From Candidatus Heimdallarchaeota archaeon (GTDB lineage: Archaea > Asgardarchaeota > Heimdallarchaeia > JABLTI01), in NCBI GenBank assembly GCA_019058275.1, contig JAHLVW010000025.1:1-64000 (forward strand): a stretch of DNA of 64,000 nucleotides, in the 5' to 3' direction. The notes below the pieces were generated by a model. It saw only the letters and a list, made by a program, of their open reading frames with translations. It did not search any database and was not told the origin of the DNA. A program made the position numbers and the translations under genes. Of this stretch, positions 59,774 through 64,000 are shown piece by piece; positions within the stretch are counted from its first letter, which is position 1, and each line of letters starts with the position of its first letter.

Positions 59774-60487
59774 TTATTGCTTTAATGACATTGTATGGAT
59801 ACCACATTCTCCCCCACATTTGCTTGTACCAATCCAACGCCCTTCTCGTTCGGGTTCAATATCACTAATCATATTTGTGCAAGGTTCACAACCTAAACTT
59901 CGATAACCTTTAGCATAAAAGGGATGTATTGGTATGTTGTAAATTGCCATGTATCTCCAAATATCTAATTCAGTCCAGTTTAGAATTGGGTTGATTTTCA
60001 CTAATCCGCCTTTTTCCTCGACTTCCTGATAATTTTTACGTGTTCTTCCTTCTGTATTTCTCAAACCGCAAATCCAAGCATCAAGATTTTTCACTGCTTC
60101 TTTTGTTGGCTCAACTTTCAGAATTCTACAACATTTATCAGGATTGGTTTTTGGAAGATTTTTATCTACTTTCTCCTTAGACATAAATTCGACTAGGTTC
60201 AAATTATAATGTTGAATCATTTGATCTTTATACTCGAAAGTTTCTTTTGGTTTAAAAGGAGTCACAACTGTAAATATTTTTACATCTGGTTTTATTTGCA
60301 ATGCTAGATGTACAACTACCATGCTATCTTTTCCGAAACTGCATGCTACCTGCACTTTATCACCATATTCTTCAATAGCATCAGAGATAATCTCTCTTGC
60401 ATGTTTTATTTTTCCCAGAAGTGTATTTTCTTGGAAATATATTTCTGGATTTTTATTTTTAGTAGCTAAATTCATTGCTAAAACCAT
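59774..60487 (-). CDS. cysH: APS/PAPS reductase (Fe-S, CysH family)
   Basis: SFGKDS, CCRILKVEP, GYRSLGCEPCT, ECGIH. Confidence 0.85.
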   Translation of the reverse strand: MVLAMNLATKNKNPEIYFQENTLLGKIKHAREIISDAIEEYGDKVQVACSFGKDSMVVVHLALQIKPDVKIFTVVTPFKPKETFEYKDQMIQHYNLNLVEFMSKEKVDKNLPKTNPDKCCRILKVEPTKEAVKNLDAWICGLRNTEGRTRKNYQEVEEKGGLVKINPILNWTELDIWRYMAIYNIPIHPFYAKGYRSLGCEPCTNMISDIEPEREGRWIGTSKCGGECGIHTMSLKQ

Positions 60488-60603
60488 TCCTTCTCGTTTT
60501 GTACTTTGCTTCGTTTTTGTTGGTTTCTCCCAATTTTTTAAGAGAGAATCTCTTGGAAGATGTTCGTATGAAAATTATAAGATAAACAAATATATAAAGT
60601 TGT

Positions 60604-60669
60604 TTCCTTAAACGGAAAATAAGTTTCCTAATTAGGAAGGAAAAGTCATAGTGGTTTCCTAATTAGGAT
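60604..60669. promoter_or_regulatory. Three copies of a palindromic operator TTCCTAATTAGGAA upstream of the cysH-cysteate synthase operon
   Basis: 60604-60617 TTCCTTAAACGGAA, 60625-60638 TTCCTAATTAGGAA, 60656-60669 TTCCTAATTAGGAT; TATA-like TTTATATA on the minus strand at about 60591-60598. Confidence 0.7.
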
Positions 60670-60718
60670 ATAATCTTGTCTATTTTTGTCAGTAACGTAT
60701 CAAAATTCCAGCGGTTAG

Positions 60719-62017
60719 TCATGTCCCTTCCTTAAATCCTGTCAAGTATTCTCGCTGCTCATCTGTTAACGGTTGTAGGTTGATGTTGTGGGATTCAAGT
60801 GCCATTTGGGCAATATAATCATCTAACTCATTAGGTATGTTTATGACTTCTTTTGAAAGCTTTCCTTCATTCTTAGCTATGTATTCAAGTGCTAATGCTT
60901 GAACTGCAAATGAACCATCCATTATCTCGAGTGGATGACCTTGTCCAGCAGGTCTTGCTAAATTAACCAGTCGACCTTTAGAAAGAATATAAAGACGTTT
61001 TCCGTCTTTTAGAAGATACAGCTCACAGTTTGGATTAATTTCTTTAATCTCTTTAGCTATTTTTTCCAAACCAGGAATGTCAATTTCGATGTCAAAGTGT
61101 CCTGCATTTGCTAGCATAGCACCATCTTTCATTAATTTCATATGTTCGATATCAATTACTTTCTTGTCTCCAGTTGCAGTGATGAACAGATCACCGATTG
61201 GTGCTGCTTGCTCCATATTCATAACTTCAAACCCTTCATACAAGGCTTCTAATCCTTTATGCCAACCAGAAGGTTCTGTTTCTTCAGCATATGGCATTCT
61301 ATCACCAGCTTCAATGACAATAGTTCTTGCACCCATTCCTCTAGCTCTAATAGCTAATCCTCTTCCACACCAACCATACCCTACAACAACAACATTTTTA
61401 CCAGCAATAAGATTGTTAGTAATAGTCATTATAGCATTAAGAGCAGATTGCCCAGTTCCATATCTGTTATCAAATAGATGCTTTGAATACGCACCATTCG
61501 CATTCATGATTGGGAATTTCAATGCTCCTTCTTTTTCCATTGCTTTTAGTCGTATGATACCTGTTGTCGTTTCTTCACTAGCTCCAACAACATTCTCAAT
61601 TAATTCTGGTCGTTTAAAATGAATGATATTTATTAGATCAGCTCCATCATCAATGAGCAAATTTGGTTTTGAATCAAGAACACTGTTTAAATTAGCATAA
61701 TAATCTTCATTGCTCTGATTAGCCCATGCAAAAACTTCGATTCCATCGAATTTAGTCAATGCAGCAGCAACTCTATCATCAGTTGTAAGTGGATTGCAAC
61801 TTGCTACTCTAACAGTAGCACCACCTGCTCTGAGAGTTCTAATGAGTTGTCCTGTTTTCTTTTCCAAATGCAAAGCAACACTCACTTTCTTTCCTTTCAA
61901 AGGTAATTCTTTTTCAAAGCGTTCCTTAATAGCACCTAGTATTGGCATGTTCTTTTCAGCCCATTCTAATTCTTTCATACCTTCTTCAGCTAAACCAATG
62001 TCTTTTACTTTACTCAT
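60719..62017 (-). CDS. ahcY: S-adenosyl-L-homocysteine hydrolase
   Basis: SCNPLTT, DDGAD, EETTTG, FDNRYGTGQS, GYGWCGRG, GRLVNL, GHP. Confidence 0.96.
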   Translation of the reverse strand: MSKVKDIGLAEEGMKELEWAEKNMPILGAIKERFEKELPLKGKKVSVALHLEKKTGQLIRTLRAGGATVRVASCNPLTTDDRVAAALTKFDGIEVFAWANQSNEDYYANLNSVLDSKPNLLIDDGADLINIIHFKRPELIENVVGASEETTTGIIRLKAMEKEGALKFPIMNANGAYSKHLFDNRYGTGQSALNAIMTITNNLIAGKNVVVVGYGWCGRGLAIRARGMGARTIVIEAGDRMPYAEETEPSGWHKGLEALYEGFEVMNMEQAAPIGDLFITATGDKKVIDIEHMKLMKDGAMLANAGHFDIEIDIPGLEKIAKEIKEINPNCELYLLKDGKRLYILSKGRLVNLARPAGQGHPLEIMDGSFAVQALALEYIAKNEGKLSKEVINIPNELDDYIAQMALESHNINLQPLTDEQREYLTGFKEGT

Positions 62018-62094
62018 AATCCATCACGTACTAGAAAATTATACTATTGCTTTAAGAATTTTTAGAATATTAAAATAAAAAAAAAGTAATTAAA

Positions 62095-62164
62095 GATGAA
62101 AGGTCTTAGTCTCGACCCTTCATCAGGGTGTTCACCGCTCACCTTTGTCCTCCACGAACAAAGG
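62095..62164 (-). terminator. Double hairpin plus U-tract in the 3' region of the RHH gene
   Basis: CCUUUGUUC/GGACAAAGG and GAUGAAGGGUC/GACCUUUCAUC stems followed by a U9 tract. Confidence 0.6.
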
Positions 62165-62185
62165 AACAGAACTATTATGGTTGTT

Positions 62186-62332
62186 TTAATCAGCTGCCCA
62201 CAATTCATCACGTAATAAATCGCGAATTGCTACCCTAATAATTTCACTTTTGTTTGGGTATCTTTTTTGTCTGACTAATTCTTCTAGCCCATCAAGGAAG
62301 CCCTCGGGAACGTGTACTGTTAGTAATCTCAT
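62186..62332 (-). CDS. Small ribbon-helix-helix regulator (CdrS/aCcr1-like), missing from the ORF track
   Basis: MRLLTVHVPEGFLDGLEELVRQKRYPNKSEIIRVAIRDLLRDELWAAD; SD-like GAGGTG upstream. Confidence 0.88.
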   Translation of the reverse strand: MRLLTVHVPEGFLDGLEELVRQKRYPNKSEIIRVAIRDLLRDELWAAD

Positions 62333-62543
62333 CAATTTTCTTTACACCTCGACACAAGAGAAAACCCTGGCTATGATCTCCGCGCTCCAATTTGCTACCA
62401 TTGTTTTTCGGAGTTTTTGAGTTTTTTTCCATATCCCGTAGGCAATCTCTAGATATAGACGATAGTATCATCCCTTTTAAAAAGAAAAGTAATCCTAAAG
62501 TACTACCCCCGTACTACCCTATTTTCAGTGAATATTAGATAAT

Positions 62544-62870
62544 CTACTTGGAAAAAGATTCTTCAAGTTTTGCTATAATTGCTTCTTCATCTTTTGAAAT
62601 AACACCATCTTCTAGTGCTAATTGTTTTACACTAGCAATTAAGCGATCTTTAAAGGAAGCTTTTCCTAATGCTTCAGGTATTCCCCCTTCTTCCTCTATG
62701 CACTTCGCTACTTCTTTTTCAAATGATCTTATATCAACTTCAATTTGAGAGAGTAATAGAGATTCCTCAGGAGTAATTACTCCATCTTCCATTGCTTGAT
62801 TTACGATTGCTTCAAGCAAATTGCTGAGGAAAGGTTTGAAATGCTCTTTGAATGCCATTTTTCTACCCAC
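62544..62870 (-). CDS. Hypothetical TerB-like protein with a duplicated A.EDGVI..E motif
   Basis: QAMEDGVITPEESLLL and LALEDGVISKDEEAII. Confidence 0.7.
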   Translation of the reverse strand: MGRKMAFKEHFKPFLSNLLEAIVNQAMEDGVITPEESLLLSQIEVDIRSFEKEVAKCIEEEGGIPEALGKASFKDRLIASVKQLALEDGVISKDEEAIIAKLEESFSK

Positions 62871-62993
62871 TCAATTCATCGATTTGTTTTTTATTATTTT
62901 TTCTCTTCTATATATATAATGGTTTAGCAATTACTTGACCGTTAAGGAAATTTAAATAAAAAAATCAAAGATTAGTAGTTAGCTACTTCTAAT

Positions 62994-63380
62994 CTATTGC
63001 TTAATAGCTATTGCTTCTATTTCTATCCCAACATCTTTCGGTAAACGTGCTACTTCGACTGCTGCCCTAGCAGGGGGGTTTTCTTTGAAGAACTCGGCAT
63101 ATTTTTCATTCATTTCGCTAAAAGTATCCATATCTTTGAGAAATACGGTACACTTAAGAACATCATCTAATGTTGCTCCGGCAGCTTCTAAAACTGCTTT
63201 CACGTTTTTCAGAGATTGCTCTGTCTGATCTTTTATTGAACCCTCAACCATTTTTTCAGTTTCTGGATTGAATGGAATTTGTCCTGATACAAAGATTAAG
63301 TTTCCTGCTTTCGTTCCTTGGGAATAAGGACCAATTGCTGCAGGTGCTTTATCGGTTTTGATTATTTCTTTTTTTGTCAT
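62994..63380 (-). CDS. ridA: RidA/YjgF enamine deaminase
   Basis: [26 protein letters not shown]...EIEAIA. Confidence 0.93.
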   Translation of the reverse strand: MTKKEIIKTDKAPAAIGPYSQGTKAGNLIFVSGQIPFNPETEKMVEGSIKDQTEQSLKNVKAVLEAAGATLDDVLKCTVFLKDMDTFSEMNEKYAEFFKENPPARAAVEVARLPKDVGIEIEAIAIKQ

Positions 63381-63554
63381 AAAAAATGCTCTCCATTATT
63401 ATTCTAGATGGTATTATTGTTTTTTAATTTTGCTTGAATTCTTTTGAGCGGTTTTCAAATGAAGGTAGAATAGTTTGGTTTAAATACCTAGAATTATCAA
63501 TACACCTTAGAAAATCAAAATGAGAAAATTTCTTTTTATTAGAGGAGAAACTAA

Positions 63555-64000
63555 ATGGCTATGGAACAATGGTTAATTTGGACATTAGTTGGTATTGGGC
63601 TTGTTTTATTCTTTGTTGCCGCTGCTTTCTTGGCAGGAATAAAAGTAGTCTTAGAATATGAACGATTGGTTATTTTCAGATTAGGAAAATACAAACGTAC
63701 AATAGGTCCGGGATTAGTTTATGTCTTCCCAGTCCTAGAATCTGGAAAGAAAGTAGACTTACGTATTATTACTCAGGATATTCCTCGACAAGAGGTTATA
63801 ACTCGAGACAATATTCCTGTTTTAGCAAACACTGTAGTTTACTTCAAGGTTGAACGACCAGAAGATGCTATCATTAAAATTGAGAATTATGTGTATGCTG
63901 TAAGACAATACACTCAAGCAGCTTTACGTGACACTATAGGTACAATGGAATTAGATCAAGTTTTGACTGAGCGAGACAATATTGCTCTTGACATTCGAGA
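63555..64000 (+). CDS. SPFH/stomatin-like protein (3' truncated, missing from the ORF track)
   Basis: TM helix followed by EYERLVIFRLG...GPGL...VDLRI..DIP.QEVITRDN...QAALRDTIG. Confidence 0.9.
   Translation, partial: MAMEQWLIWTLVGIGLVLFFVAAAFLAGIKVVLEYERLVIFRLGKYKRTIGPGLVYVFPVLESGKKVDLRIITQDIPRQEVITRDNIPVLANTVVYFKVERPEDAIIKIENYVYAVRQYTQAALRDTIGTMELDQVLTERDNIALDIR

Noticed and set aside
62095-62130. CUGAUGA as a hammerhead ribozyme core or a SAH riboswitch upstream of ahcY
   Set aside because: No GAAA follows stem II, and the SAH riboswitch consensus is not recognisable.
1-64000. CRISPR arrays, rRNA genes, transposases, integrases
   Set aside because: No regularly spaced repeats, rRNA-like tracts or recognisable recombinase ORFs were seen. 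Most remaining short ORFs in the track are antisense shadows of real genes.

Overview
A low-GC archaeal chromosomal segment that most likely comes from an Asgard archaeon, probably Heimdallarchaeia-like; this is inferred from gene content, not from a phylogeny. Housekeeping genes include the HMG-CoA synthase/thiolase/DUF35 trio, rpiA, uvrB, gltX, acdAB, coaD, polB1, truA, tfb, rfcS and ahcY. Interspersed among them is a dense set of eukaryotic-signature proteins: an Arf-like GTPase with a Gly2 amphipathic helix, a Rag-like GTPase-roadblock fusion next to an ESCRT-III subunit, a Rab-like GTPase next to a longin protein, a Zn-finger/PH/steadiness-box ESCRT-I-like protein, a TM-solenoid-RING protein, two GG-ending ubiquitin-like proteins, a PLAT-domain protein and an EF-2 paralogue lacking the diphthamide motif. 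The most novel signal is absent from the ORF track: two diverged copies (about 40.9-41.0 kb and 57.2-57.4 kb) of a ~130-nt minus-strand non-coding element. Its differences are largely compensatory or G-U-preserving, which points to an unrecognised structured RNA family. Also found by hand were a tRNA-Asp(GUC) with a non-canonical intron at about position 48/49, a catalytically incomplete EndA subunit, a 48-aa CdrS/aCcr1-like ribbon-helix-helix gene missed by the ORF track, a type IV pilin-like cluster, an APS-reductase/cysteate-synthase operon with a triple palindromic operator, and two multi-lesion pseudogenes.
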